A stretch of DNA of 63,932 nucleotides from a virus (taxonomy: Duplodnaviria; Caudoviricetes): IMG/VR virus record IMGVR_UViG_3300005512_002955, positions 1-63,932 of that record. One strand, 5' to 3'. The notes under the pieces are model-generated. The model was not told where the DNA came from. It worked only from the letters and a program-made list of their open reading frames with translations, and searched no databases. Both the position numbers and the translations under genes were made by a program. Numbering within the stretch: position 1 is the stretch's first letter; every line of letters starts with the position of its first letter. Positions 1 through 8,628 of this stretch are shown one piece after another.

Positions 1-26
1 AATAATATGTCCAAAATTCGTTTCAT
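1..26 (-). CDS. 5' end of a minus-strand gene running off the window (MKRILDIL...)
   Basis: CAT at 24-26 with a minus-strand TAAATA (31-36) 4 nt upstream; only 8 codons visible. Confidence 0.4.
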
Positions 27-49
27 ACTGTATTTAATAACCAAAAAGG

Positions 50-78
50 TTGACAAACTCCTATTGTGACTGTATAGT
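50..78 (+). promoter_or_regulatory. sigma70-type promoter for DNA ligase
   Basis: TTGACA(50-55)-N17-TATAGT(73-78); GAGG SD before ATG 109. Confidence 0.75.
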
Positions 79-108
79 GTATATATAATTAAAAGTGAGA
101 GGCACAAT

Positions 109-1419
109 ATGAGAACACAACCACAAGATATTATTGCTAAACTTGAAGCAGATAATTCACGTTTAGGCAAAGAAGCAATACTAAAATCAGCACACCAAGA
201 AGGACTACCAGAGTTTTTTGAGGGTCTTACAATGGCACTTGATCCACTTGTGACATTTGGTGTTAAGCAGGTAGACGAACTCGCTAGCGAATGGTCAGGA
301 CAAGGATGTGAATGGTCAGTATTTAAAGAACTTGCAGACAAACTTATTGCAAGAGAACTTACAGGTCATGCGGCACGTGATGCTATCAATCTTGTAAAAA
401 GTTCTTGCACAGTAGAACAATGGAACGGATGGTATCGTAGAATCCTTATTAAAGACTTGCGTTGTGGTGTTTCAGAAAAAACTGTGAATAAAGTAGCACC
501 AGGTACTGTTCCTGTGTTTACTTGTGCTCTTGCTCATGACAGTGCCAAGCACGAAAAGAAGATGACTGGCAAGAAACAGATCGAAATCAAACTAGATGGT
601 GTAAGAGTTATTACTATCATCCAAGGCAATAAAGTTGAGATGTTCTCTCGTAACGGAAAACAGTTTCATAACTTTGGACACATCATTGCAGAAATTGAAG
701 AAGTCTTAAAAGACTATCCTGTACCATATCCACTAGTGCTAGACGGTGAAGTAATGAGTGCTAACTTCCAAGATCTAATGAAGCAGGTGCATCGAAAAGA
801 TAATATACAAAACGATGATGCTGTACTACATTTGTTTGACACTATTCCATTAGGTTGTTTTAAAAACGGTGTATGGGACAAGCCTCAGAGCTTCCGTAGT
901 GCTATTACCAAACATTGGGTAGAGGAACACAAAAGCGTTTTAAAGCATGTACAAGCGTTGGAATGGGAAACAGTAGACTTAGACACGTCAGAAGGCAATA
1001 AACGCTTTGTAGAGCTTAATAAAGCGGCTGTAGACGGTGGTTATGAAGGTGTTATGATCAAGGATGTTGATGCTCCTTATGAATGCAAACGAACACATGC
1101 ATGGCTGAAAGCGAAACCGTTTATTGAGATCACACTAAAAGTCGTTGACGTCGAGGAAGGCACTGGACGAAACGAAGGAAGACTAGGTGCCGTAATAGTA
1201 GAAGGAGAAGATGATGGATACAATTATCGCCTTAACTGTGGGAGCGGCTTCACTGATGCTCAACGTGATGAGTACTGGGCTCAACGTGCTAGTCTCCTTG
1301 GTCAGTTAATTGAGATTAGAGCTGATGCTAGAACTAAGTCGCAAGACAGCGAAACATATAGTTTACGCTTTCCAAGATTTAAAACATTTAGAGGCTTTGA
1401 GCCCGGAGAAAAAATATGA
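109..1419 (+). CDS. lig: ATP-dependent DNA ligase (T4 gp30-like)
   Basis: Motif I KLDGVR, LDGE, EGVMIK, WLKAK, C-terminal OB fold with CGSGFTD and SLRFPRF. Confidence 0.95.
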   Translation: MRTQPQDIIAKLEADNSRLGKEAILKSAHQEGLPEFFEGLTMALDPLVTFGVKQVDELASEWSGQGCEWSVFKELADKLIARELTGHAARDAINLVKSSCTVEQWNGWYRRILIKDLRCGVSEKTVNKVAPGTVPVFTCALAHDSAKHEKKMTGKKQIEIKLDGVRVITIIQGNKVEMFSRNGKQFHNFGHIIAEIEEVLKDYPVPYPLVLDGEVMSANFQDLMKQVHRKDNIQNDDAVLHLFDTIPLGCFKNGVWDKPQSFRSAITKHWVEEHKSVLKHVQALEWETVDLDTSEGNKRFVELNKAAVDGGYEGVMIKDVDAPYECKRTHAWLKAKPFIEITLKVVDVEEGTGRNEGRLGAVIVEGEDDGYNYRLNCGSGFTDAQRDEYWAQRASLLGQLIEIRADARTKSQDSETYSLRFPRFKTFRGFEPGEKI

Positions 1420-1715
1420 TGGGATGGATCAACTTAGGTAAGTTTGCCTACGGACTGTTAGACGGCACTAAAAACGCCCTCAAACATTCAAGCATGGAAT
1501 ACAGATTCATGTTGAGTAATACACTTGCCGCAATGTGGTGTGTGGCGTTTGGTATTTACACTGCTGAACTGTTGTACATTGGCTACAACATCATCGGACA
1601 TACGGTATTGATTACCGCGGTGTTTTTTACATTCTTTGTGTTTACAAAAGAGAAATCAAGAACTCCTCCGTCACCACCAAACAAGGTGCGTTGGGATCTA
1701 GAAAGAGAAGGTTAA
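1416..1715 (+). CDS. small membrane protein, paralogue of 2282..2662
   Basis: Two hydrophobic segments; LAAMWCVAF...G...IGH..LI.A motif; ATGA overlap with ligase stop. Confidence 0.7.
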   Translation: MMGWINLGKFAYGLLDGTKNALKHSSMEYRFMLSNTLAAMWCVAFGIYTAELLYIGYNIIGHTVLITAVFFTFFVFTKEKSRTPPSPPNKVRWDLEREG

Positions 1716-1716
1716 A

Positions 1717-1896
1717 ATGATTGACAAGGATGTCAAAAACAGTTTGGAAAAACTAGAACTTAAAGTAGACAAATTACAGTTGACACTAGAAGCACTTGAT
1801 GTTAAATTAACTAAACATATTGGCTTTATTGATGAGACCTATGAAGGTTTACGTAATCCAATCAATGCGGCTAAGAAATTTCTAGGAAGGAAATAG
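1717..1896 (+). CDS. hypothetical 59-aa coiled-coil protein (not in ORF track)
   Basis: Own translation MIDKDVKNSLEKLELKVDKLQLTLEALDVKLTKHIGF...; fills the gap in the operon. Confidence 0.65.
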   Translation: MIDKDVKNSLEKLELKVDKLQLTLEALDVKLTKHIGFIDETYEGLRNPINAAKKFLGRK

Positions 1897-1897
1897 A

Positions 1898-2044
1898 ATG
1901 TTTGACAAGGTGTTTAGACGTTTAGGATTTAAGGACGACACAGGTTGGGATGATCCAACAGTCGTTGGCTTCATAATATTGTGGAGTCTTATTGGCTATG
2001 GTGCTTTTCTTACTGTGTCTGCTCTTGTAGAAAGGTTCTCGTGA
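1898..2044 (+). CDS. hypothetical 48-aa membrane protein (not in ORF track)
   Basis: MFDKVFRRLGFKDDTGWDDPTVVGFIILWSLIGYGAFLTVSALVERFS; GTGA overlap with next gene. Confidence 0.6.
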   Translation: MFDKVFRRLGFKDDTGWDDPTVVGFIILWSLIGYGAFLTVSALVERFS

Positions 2045-2208
2045 AACCATTTTTATCAGCAATGGTGCTTACGGTTATGATGGCCGTAGGCATACTATAT
2101 TTTGATCCCGCAACGGTGTTTTATCACGGAATGGAATGCACAGGCGGTATCGGTGGTGGGTGTGATACAACCACCGCAACAGGAGGAATATACAAATGGA
2201 TAAAATAA
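2041..2208 (+). CDS. small membrane/secreted protein
   Basis: GTG start overlapping previous stop; hydrophobic N-terminus then C..GGIGGGC; start revised from 1981. Confidence 0.55.
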   Translation: MKPFLSAMVLTVMMAVGILYFDPATVFYHGMECTGGIGGGCDTTTATGGIYKWIK

Positions 2209-2282
2209 TTTGTGTTTCCTGTGAAACTGAACACTCAGAGACACTGTGTCCTGTGTGTGGATTTATTGAAAGGAAAAATTAA
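2196..2282 (+). CDS. 28-aa zinc-ribbon peptide (not in ORF track)
   Basis: AGGAGG at 2181-2186; MDKIICVSCETEHSETLCPVCGFIERKN; TAATG coupling to next gene. Confidence 0.6.
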   Translation: MDKIICVSCETEHSETLCPVCGFIERKN

Positions 2283-2662
2283 TGAGAGAGTTTGTATATA
2301 ATGCATGGACTGCGATAATGGATGACAAACGCAATCCGCTTAGTAATATTCCAGATCTTGGAGTAAGACATGTGATTATGCAGGTGCTTGCTTGGATGTG
2401 GTGTATTGTGTTTTCGATGTATTTAGGTAGCATCACTGCATTTGGTGTGAGTGCTATTGCACACGTTTTCCTTATTGCGGCAGTTGTTGTCACGGTAGGA
2501 ACTTTTGAAACTGCCAAACGCAATCCTAATTCGTTTAGGTTTATCAAAGGCTATCATTCTTATGGTAGAGGAAGAACTTATACTATATACCATGATGAGA
2601 AAACAGGGCTTCCAAAAAAAGTTTATTTAGATCCAAAAGATCCCGGTGGCGAACACGAATAA
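2282..2662 (+). CDS. small membrane protein, paralogue of 1416..1715
   Basis: QVLAWMWCIVF...G...IAH..LIAA motif, two TM segments. Confidence 0.75.
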   Translation: MREFVYNAWTAIMDDKRNPLSNIPDLGVRHVIMQVLAWMWCIVFSMYLGSITAFGVSAIAHVFLIAAVVVTVGTFETAKRNPNSFRFIKGYHSYGRGRTYTIYHDEKTGLPKKVYLDPKDPGGEHE

Positions 2663-2674
2663 TCCAAAAAGTTA

Positions 2675-2702
2675 TTGACTTTTACACTTTCTAATATATA
2701 CT
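2675..2702 (+). promoter_or_regulatory. sigma70-type promoter
   Basis: TTGACT(2675-2680)-N16-TATACT(2697-2702); AGGAG SD before ATG 2726. Confidence 0.55.
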
Positions 2703-2725
2703 GTATATTTTAGTAGGAGATTAAA

Positions 2726-4030
2726 ATGGCATTTACTGCACTTAAAGGTGTAAAGACCAAACGTAAACAACCTAGAGCAACCGCACGTATTAGACGCGGA
2801 GCCAAACTAGCTGAACCAAGTTGGGAAGGTTGGGAAGAATGGACAGGCGAGCAATACCATAGAGCTAAAGATGCCGCAAGAGCTTGGTACTATGATAACT
2901 TTAAGCCACAGGATTTATATCCTAGTGTTTGGGTTTGGATGAAAGAACAGGATTATTCTAAAGAAGATATTAAAAACGCAAAATCTGCACCTGCACACAC
3001 TTTAAGTATTACAGCCGCTATTGTAGCAAAAATGCTACTGCGGGGTATGCCTGCTTACAATGAAAAACATGCAAAGTATTGGGAAAGCCTTCCTGGCACT
3101 ATGGGTGAACTTGCTCCTAGTACACAATTCTTGAAAAAGCGTATCGAGGATGCTATCAAAGAAGGCGGTACTGTTGTAGAAGAAAAACAGGAAGAAGAGA
3201 AAGAAAAGAAGAATGTATATGTTCCAAGTATCCAAGAACGCATTACTGAACAATCTAAGAAGGCAGCAGAAAAGATTGACGAATGGTTAGAAGACCACTA
3301 CAAAGGCGATGTAAAATTTAATCCAAAAGGATTTGATGTTAAAAAACATTTTGCTGAATATAAAGTTACCCAAGCACATGCTAGGAAAATAAAAGATTTT
3401 TATGAATCTGAACTTGCTGAATATAGAGATGTTTTAAATATTCCTACCGCAGGGCAACTTAAAAACATGGACGAAAAGCAAGCCGATCTATGGGAACAAC
3501 TTAAAGAAGGCTATAGTAACAGTACAAAATCAGAGGTAAAACAAATCATAACTGCTTTAGAAGTTATAATGGATGCTTGTGACTTTATTATTGAACAATC
3601 AAAAGCAAATAGAAAAACACGTAAACCTAAGCCTAAAAGCGCAGATAAATTAGTTGCTAAACTAAAATACAAAAAGCAAGACGATAAATTTAATATTGTC
3701 AGCATCAATCCTACAGATATTATAGGAGCAAGTGAGGTTTGGGTGTTTAATTGTAAAACACGCAAACTAGGCAAGTATGTTGCAAAAGTAATAGATCCGC
3801 TAGGTGCTGGCAGAGAAGGCAGTGGGTTAAGTGTAAAAGGCACTACTATTACACAGTATAATGAAGAAGAAAGTGTACAAAAGACACTGCGTAAGCCCGA
3901 AGAACAACTTAAAGAGTTTAAAGGTGCTGGTAAAGTAAAATTAAGGACATTCCTAGAAGAAATTAAAACCACAGACACAAAACTTAATGGTAGGATCAAT
4001 CCTGATACGATACTTCTACGCTTAAACTGA
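2726..4030 (+). CDS. hypothetical phage protein (434 aa, charged)
   Basis: Long ORF with strong SD; no catalytic motif recognised. Confidence 0.8.
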   Translation: MAFTALKGVKTKRKQPRATARIRRGAKLAEPSWEGWEEWTGEQYHRAKDAARAWYYDNFKPQDLYPSVWVWMKEQDYSKEDIKNAKSAPAHTLSITAAIVAKMLLRGMPAYNEKHAKYWESLPGTMGELAPSTQFLKKRIEDAIKEGGTVVEEKQEEEKEKKNVYVPSIQERITEQSKKAAEKIDEWLEDHYKGDVKFNPKGFDVKKHFAEYKVTQAHARKIKDFYESELAEYRDVLNIPTAGQLKNMDEKQADLWEQLKEGYSNSTKSEVKQIITALEVIMDACDFIIEQSKANRKTRKPKPKSADKLVAKLKYKKQDDKFNIVSINPTDIIGASEVWVFNCKTRKLGKYVAKVIDPLGAGREGSGLSVKGTTITQYNEEESVQKTLRKPEEQLKEFKGAGKVKLRTFLEEIKTTDTKLNGRINPDTILLRLN

Positions 4031-4036
4031 TAAATA
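4031..4036 (+). promoter_or_regulatory. T4-like late promoter, leaderless arrangement
   Basis: TAAATA 5 nt before ATG 4042; no SD. Confidence 0.65.
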
Positions 4037-4041
4037 TTAGT

Positions 4042-5136
4042 ATGAGCAATATCCATGACATACGAAATGGCTTGACAGCCCTATCAGAAGCAATAGACGC
4101 ATTACAAAGTCAGCCTTCTCCTCAACCCGAAATTTTAGACCGTCAATTAAGCGGTAACAAAATCAACGGTGGAATGATTACAAATTTCAAATCCGTTGGC
4201 ATTGTTGACGAAGCAAAACAAGTTGCATTAACTGTACACAATGACGGTATTACTGTAAAAGCAATGAATGTACAGGATATAAACAATGATTTAAGAATTA
4301 ATGGTCATCTTAGAGTAAAAGGTGAAATACATGCACAAAAATTACACGTAGATGAAATAAGTGCAGATGTTCGAAATGAAAGAACTACTCCATTAGAATT
4401 CAAAGCTGAAAACAATTCACTTGGTGGAAAAGGTTTGATCTGGACTGGATTAGACTACACAAAACAATTTGTTTTTAGAGATACTCCTAATAGATTATGG
4501 AGTAGTGAAGATATTGATATTGATCGAGACAAGGTATATAGAATTGAACGACTGCCTGTCCTAACACTAAACAGTTTGGGCAATAGTGTTACACAAAGTA
4601 ATCTTCAAACAGTAGGAACACTGCAAGGACTTAGTGTAGAAGGTCGTGTTAATATAGATAATTTTGTATTTTGGGACAGTGATAGTGAAAGATTAGGTAT
4701 TGGAACTGATAGTCCTAATGCTATGGTTTCCGTAAAAAATATTGATCATGAGTTTATTATTAATAATACAGAAGATAAAAAATTCAAAGTTGGTACTTGG
4801 ACTACAAGTGCATTACAAATTGTTACAGACGACACTACACGCATAGAAATTGGTACAGACGGTACTGTAACTGTAAATAATAAAATGAGCGTTGTTGGCG
4901 GGTTAGGGATCGGAGTTAAGAATTTCCCTTCAGATGTAGATATTACTACTGCTGGACCTGTTAGAATACAAAACAAAAAATTTGAAGTTGGTAATAGTAT
5001 TCCTGTCAACGGGTCATACAATAAAGGTGACATTATATGGAACGACAACCCAGTACCGACAGGACACGTTGGATGGATTTGTATAAGAAATGGTTCTCCG
5101 GGAGAATGGAAACTTTTCGGACAAATTCAAAATTAG
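4042..5136 (+). CDS. putative virion structural/fibre-like protein
   Basis: Beta-rich G/N/T/V sequence, RLGIGTDSP motif, C-terminal GDIIWNDNP..GHVGWIC...WK.FG module typical of fibre proteins; late promoter. Confidence 0.6.
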   Translation: MSNIHDIRNGLTALSEAIDALQSQPSPQPEILDRQLSGNKINGGMITNFKSVGIVDEAKQVALTVHNDGITVKAMNVQDINNDLRINGHLRVKGEIHAQKLHVDEISADVRNERTTPLEFKAENNSLGGKGLIWTGLDYTKQFVFRDTPNRLWSSEDIDIDRDKVYRIERLPVLTLNSLGNSVTQSNLQTVGTLQGLSVEGRVNIDNFVFWDSDSERLGIGTDSPNAMVSVKNIDHEFIINNTEDKKFKVGTWTTSALQIVTDDTTRIEIGTDGTVTVNNKMSVVGGLGIGVKNFPSDVDITTAGPVRIQNKKFEVGNSIPVNGSYNKGDIIWNDNPVPTGHVGWICIRNGSPGEWKLFGQIQN

Positions 5137-5414
5137 AAAATCAAGTTAACATTTGGAGTATAAGTGCAAGAGTTTTGCCAGTGCTATCAATTCTAATGGC
5201 TGCAATTCTATATCTTGTAGATGTTAACACATACACCCAAATGTTTTTTATGGGCGTGGCATGTATGTTTCTTGCTGTTAGTATCACTTGGTGGTGGTGG
5301 GTGATGTACGCTATAAAAGATATACATAAAAATATTAACATATCTATAAGTCAATTTGACAATATAAGAAAAGATATCGAGCAACTACGCAAAGACATCA
5401 AAAAGGTAATATAA
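5106..5414 (+). CDS. membrane protein, two TM helices plus C-terminal coiled coil (start uncertain)
   Basis: Hydrophobic segments, WWWW run, abuts next gene. Confidence 0.6.
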   Translation: METFRTNSKLENQVNIWSISARVLPVLSILMAAILYLVDVNTYTQMFFMGVACMFLAVSITWWWWVMYAIKDIHKNINISISQFDNIRKDIEQLRKDIKKVI

Positions 5415-5999
5415 ATGCTGGTTATCGGAAACGGTGAAAGCAGGTGCGATATTAATCTAAGTGAAATTAACTCAACCAAGATCGGTTGTAATGCTATAGT
5501 GCGAGATTTTTTTGTTGATCATTTAGTATGTGTTGACCGTAGGATGGTAGACGAAGCAAATAATCATTATCAAAATAATTTTAATTTTTTGTATACTAGG
5601 AAAGACTGGTTCAAAGAACGAAAGGACTATAAGAACATAAACTGTGTTCCGGAATTACCTTTTGATAGACAGGTAAGAGCAGATGATCCTTTTAATTGGG
5701 GAAGTGGCCCTTATGCTGTTCTTGTTGCTGTAAATGTAACTAAACAAAACACTATTAAATTAATAGGATTCGACTTATATAGTCAAACTACAAAAGTAAA
5801 CAATGTTTATAAAGACACTAATAATTACGATTCTTCAGAAAAAAGTGCAGTAGATCCTAGATATTGGGTATATCAAATAGGAAAAATATTTGCATATTTT
5901 CAAAAAATTAATTTTATTGTGTACAATTACAATGAATGGATGTTACCAAAAGAATGGAAATATCCAAATGTTTCACTTGACAACCTTAATAATTTGTAA
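5415..5999 (+). CDS. putative glycosyltransferase-like / MptE-like (DUF115-type) protein
   Basis: N-terminal VIGNGES, GCNA, and downstream LIGFDL pattern of this Rossmann-like family. Confidence 0.5.
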   Translation: MLVIGNGESRCDINLSEINSTKIGCNAIVRDFFVDHLVCVDRRMVDEANNHYQNNFNFLYTRKDWFKERKDYKNINCVPELPFDRQVRADDPFNWGSGPYAVLVAVNVTKQNTIKLIGFDLYSQTTKVNNVYKDTNNYDSSEKSAVDPRYWVYQIGKIFAYFQKINFIVYNYNEWMLPKEWKYPNVSLDNLNNL

Positions 6000-6010
6000 T
6001 ATAATAAGTA
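5977..6010 (+). promoter_or_regulatory. consensus sigma70 promoter overlapping a late-type TAAGTA box upstream of queD
   Basis: TTGACA(5977-5982)-N17-TATAAT(6000-6005); TAAGTA 6005-6010. Confidence 0.8.
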
Positions 6011-6026
6011 GTAACATTATAGGACT

Positions 6027-6069
6027 TGGCGTCAACCCTTCTAATTCTGCCGCCACAATTATATAGGAG
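6027..6069 (+). promoter_or_regulatory. structured queD leader (hairpin, possible SD pseudoknot; riboswitch candidate)
   Basis: TGGCG-t-CA / TG-c-CGCCA stem; loop CTTCTA (6038-6043) complementary to TAGGAG SD (6064-6069) with one G-U pair. Confidence 0.45.
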
Positions 6070-6075
6070 ATAATT

Positions 6076-6555
6076 ATGGCATACTACAGTACAAAAACAT
6101 ACGGACACAACATAGGACTTTCTGCAGTCTTCCGTCAACCTAATGCAGATCATTCACACTGTCATCTACTACATGGTTACAGTCTGCAATTTAAATTTAC
6201 TTTTGGTTGTTCAGATCTTGACAACAAAAACTGGGCAGTAGACTTTGGTGGATTAAAGCCACTCAAGGCTTGGCTAGAAGATAACTTTGACCACAAAACA
6301 TGTGTAGATATCAACGATCCTCACAAACAAGACTTTTATGATCTACAGGATAAAGATCTATGTGAAGTAAGAGAGTTTAATGGTGTAGGTGCAGAGAAAT
6401 TTGCAGAACATGCATGGCGCTTTGCTGATACTCTGGTTAAAGAAATGAGCAACGGTCGTTGCTGGTGTGAATCAGTTGAATGTGCAGAGCATGGTGCAAA
6501 CAGTGCAATTTACACCCCCTTTCAAGTACAGAAGATGTCGTTTGTAGATGGCTAA
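6076..6555 (+). CDS. queD: 6-carboxy-5,6,7,8-tetrahydropterin synthase
   Basis: CHLLHGY (CxxxHG[H/Y]), VDFGGLK, FDHK, C-terminal E; T-fold PTPS pattern. Confidence 0.88.
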   Translation: MAYYSTKTYGHNIGLSAVFRQPNADHSHCHLLHGYSLQFKFTFGCSDLDNKNWAVDFGGLKPLKAWLEDNFDHKTCVDINDPHKQDFYDLQDKDLCEVREFNGVGAEKFAEHAWRFADTLVKEMSNGRCWCESVECAEHGANSAIYTPFQVQKMSFVDG

Positions 6556-7384
6556 GATAGATAAGTCAAAATTCACCAAACAAGAAATTGCAGAGATTAG
6601 AGAGAATAAACGCAAACGCAAATTAGAAAAAGAATTTGTTAGAAAGCAAAAACTCTATAGCGGTAACAGTAATTCGTGTGATAAAAATATTCTAGTATTA
6701 AAACACGGTACCAAGTACAGTGTAGACTATGTCAATAAAATGTATAACATGGTCAAAGCTAATATGAGCTATGATTTTAATTTTTATTGCATAACCGAAG
6801 ATCCTATAGGATTAAATCAAAATATAAACGTATTACCTTTACCTCCTACTCTTGCAGTATCAGGCTGGTGGTATAAACCTTATATTTTTTCGGCAGACTT
6901 GCCTATTGAAGGTACTATTTTGTATCTGGATCTTGATATGGTTATAGTAGCACCTATAGATAGATTGTTTGATTTTTATCCTGGCCAATATTGTGTTATT
7001 AGAGATTTTACTAGGGCAATGAGAACTAATTGGGAAAAATATAACAGCAGTGTTGTTAGGTTTGAAAAAGGACAACTTGATTATGTTTGGAAGAAATTTC
7101 AAAAAGAGAACACAAACATAATGCGTAGGCATTTTGGAGACCAAGATTATTTGTATGAAGAAACAAAAAACAAGGCAAAAATATTTCCTGATACTTGGAT
7201 TTTAAGCTGGAAGTGGGAAGTTCGAAAAGATCGGAGATGGAAGCCAGGTGGAACTAGAGGCAATAGAGAATTAGCAACCATAGAAGATGTTAAGCCTCCC
7301 GCAGATTGCTGTATAGTTGCTTTTCACGGGGATCCAAATCCGCATAGATGTAAGGATCCATTTATACTTGACAAATGGAAATAA
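6548..7384 (+). CDS. putative GT-A glycosyltransferase
   Basis: KHGTKYSVDYV, GWWYK, YLDLD (DxD), YNSSV, GDQDY, AFHG.PNPH motifs. Confidence 0.75.
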   Translation: MAKIDKSKFTKQEIAEIRENKRKRKLEKEFVRKQKLYSGNSNSCDKNILVLKHGTKYSVDYVNKMYNMVKANMSYDFNFYCITEDPIGLNQNINVLPLPPTLAVSGWWYKPYIFSADLPIEGTILYLDLDMVIVAPIDRLFDFYPGQYCVIRDFTRAMRTNWEKYNSSVVRFEKGQLDYVWKKFQKENTNIMRRHFGDQDYLYEETKNKAKIFPDTWILSWKWEVRKDRRWKPGGTRGNRELATIEDVKPPADCCIVAFHGDPNPHRCKDPFILDKWK

Positions 7385-7394
7385 AGAAGTTAAT

Positions 7395-8498
7395 ATGGAT
7401 TTAAAGTTTACAACTGCCGGCGATTTTATGAAACAAACACCCAAACGAATAGGCTTTGCATGTAAGTACATGCACCCAGACCAAACACAAAAGAAAAAAT
7501 TACTAGAAGAAATTCAACGACCATTAAACACACGAAGCACTACTGTTGCGTGGCTTAACAGACAAACACGTGAAGTAGCAGAACAAAGACTTTGGGATAT
7601 TATGGTTCACAACATCAAGTCATACGAAAACTTGATTGAATACGTAGGAGGATTACCCAATGAATTACGAATGGTTAGGCTGGGAAGTGACGTCTTGCCT
7701 GTTTATACTGAGCCTACTTGGTCTTATTTCTGGCGCAAGCCTGATGTACGAAAATATTGCGAGACCAACTTCGCTCACGTCGGAGCAAAGGCTCGTGAAC
7801 TTGATGTTAGGGTGTCTATGCATCCTGGTCAGTTCACTGTACTTGCGTCAGATAATCCTGATATTGTAGAAAGGAGCATAGAAGAATTTGAATATCACAC
7901 CGATGTCTTCCGCTGGATGGGATACGGCAAGTCCTTCCAAGATGCGAAGTGCAATGTACACATATCCGGCAGGCAAGGTCCAGCCGGTATACAAGCAGTC
8001 CTCCCAAGATTATCTCAAGAGGCGCGAAACATTATTACAATCGAGAACGACGAAATGTCGTGGGGTATCGACGCAAGTCTTGAACTTGCAAACGACCTCG
8101 CCCTCGTTCTTGACATACACCATCACTGGGTCGCTAGTGGAGAATACATTCAACCAACCGACGATAGATTTGCTCGCATAGTAGATAGTTGGCGCGGTGT
8201 CCGTCCTGTAATTCATTACAGTGTTAGCAGAGAAGATTTGCTTGATAGACATGCCAAAGGCAAACGTCCTAGTATGAGATCTTTACTTGAACAAGGCTAC
8301 AAGAAAGCAAAACTGCGAGCACACAGCGATTATATGTGGAATCGTGCTGTAAATGACTGGGCATTAGAATATTTAGACTACGCAGATATAATGGTAGAAT
8401 CTAAGGCAAAGAATCTAGCAAGCATAGATTTATATAAATACTACGTAGGAGCAAAATATGAAAACTCAAGGAATAAAAAAGAATTTAAAGTTAGATAA
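7395..8498 (+). CDS. uvsE: UV-damage endonuclease (UVDE); start 7395 or 7428
   Basis: RIGFAC, RLGSD, SMHPGQF, IENDE, LVLDIHHH, HYS, AHSDY, MVESKAK. Confidence 0.92.
   Translation: MDLKFTTAGDFMKQTPKRIGFACKYMHPDQTQKKKLLEEIQRPLNTRSTTVAWLNRQTREVAEQRLWDIMVHNIKSYENLIEYVGGLPNELRMVRLGSDVLPVYTEPTWSYFWRKPDVRKYCETNFAHVGAKARELDVRVSMHPGQFTVLASDNPDIVERSIEEFEYHTDVFRWMGYGKSFQDAKCNVHISGRQGPAGIQAVLPRLSQEARNIITIENDEMSWGIDASLELANDLALVLDIHHHWVASGEYIQPTDDRFARIVDSWRGVRPVIHYSVSREDLLDRHAKGKRPSMRSLLEQGYKKAKLRAHSDYMWNRAVNDWALEYLDYADIMVESKAKNLASIDLYKYYVGAKYENSRNKKEFKVR
8433..8440 (+). promoter_or_regulatory. T4-type late promoter inside the 3' end of uvsE
   Basis: TATAAATA followed by AGGAG SD and ATG 8458. Confidence 0.65.
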
Positions 8499-8628
8499 AA
8501 TTAGAGGTATCAGGATCGATACAGGACCTGTTACATACGTACCTGTTGCGAAAGAAGAAAAATTTCCTGAGCCTACTAAAATAAGAAAAACCAAATCTAC
8601 AGTTACCAAGGATGGCTGGAAATATTAA
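8458..8628 (+). CDS. hypothetical basic 56-aa protein (not in ORF track)
   Basis: SD AGGAG; MKTQGIKKNLKLDKIRGIRIDTGPV...KDGWKY; TAATG coupling to SOD. Confidence 0.65.
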   Translation: MKTQGIKKNLKLDKIRGIRIDTGPVTYVPVAKEEKFPEPTKIRKTKSTVTKDGWKY

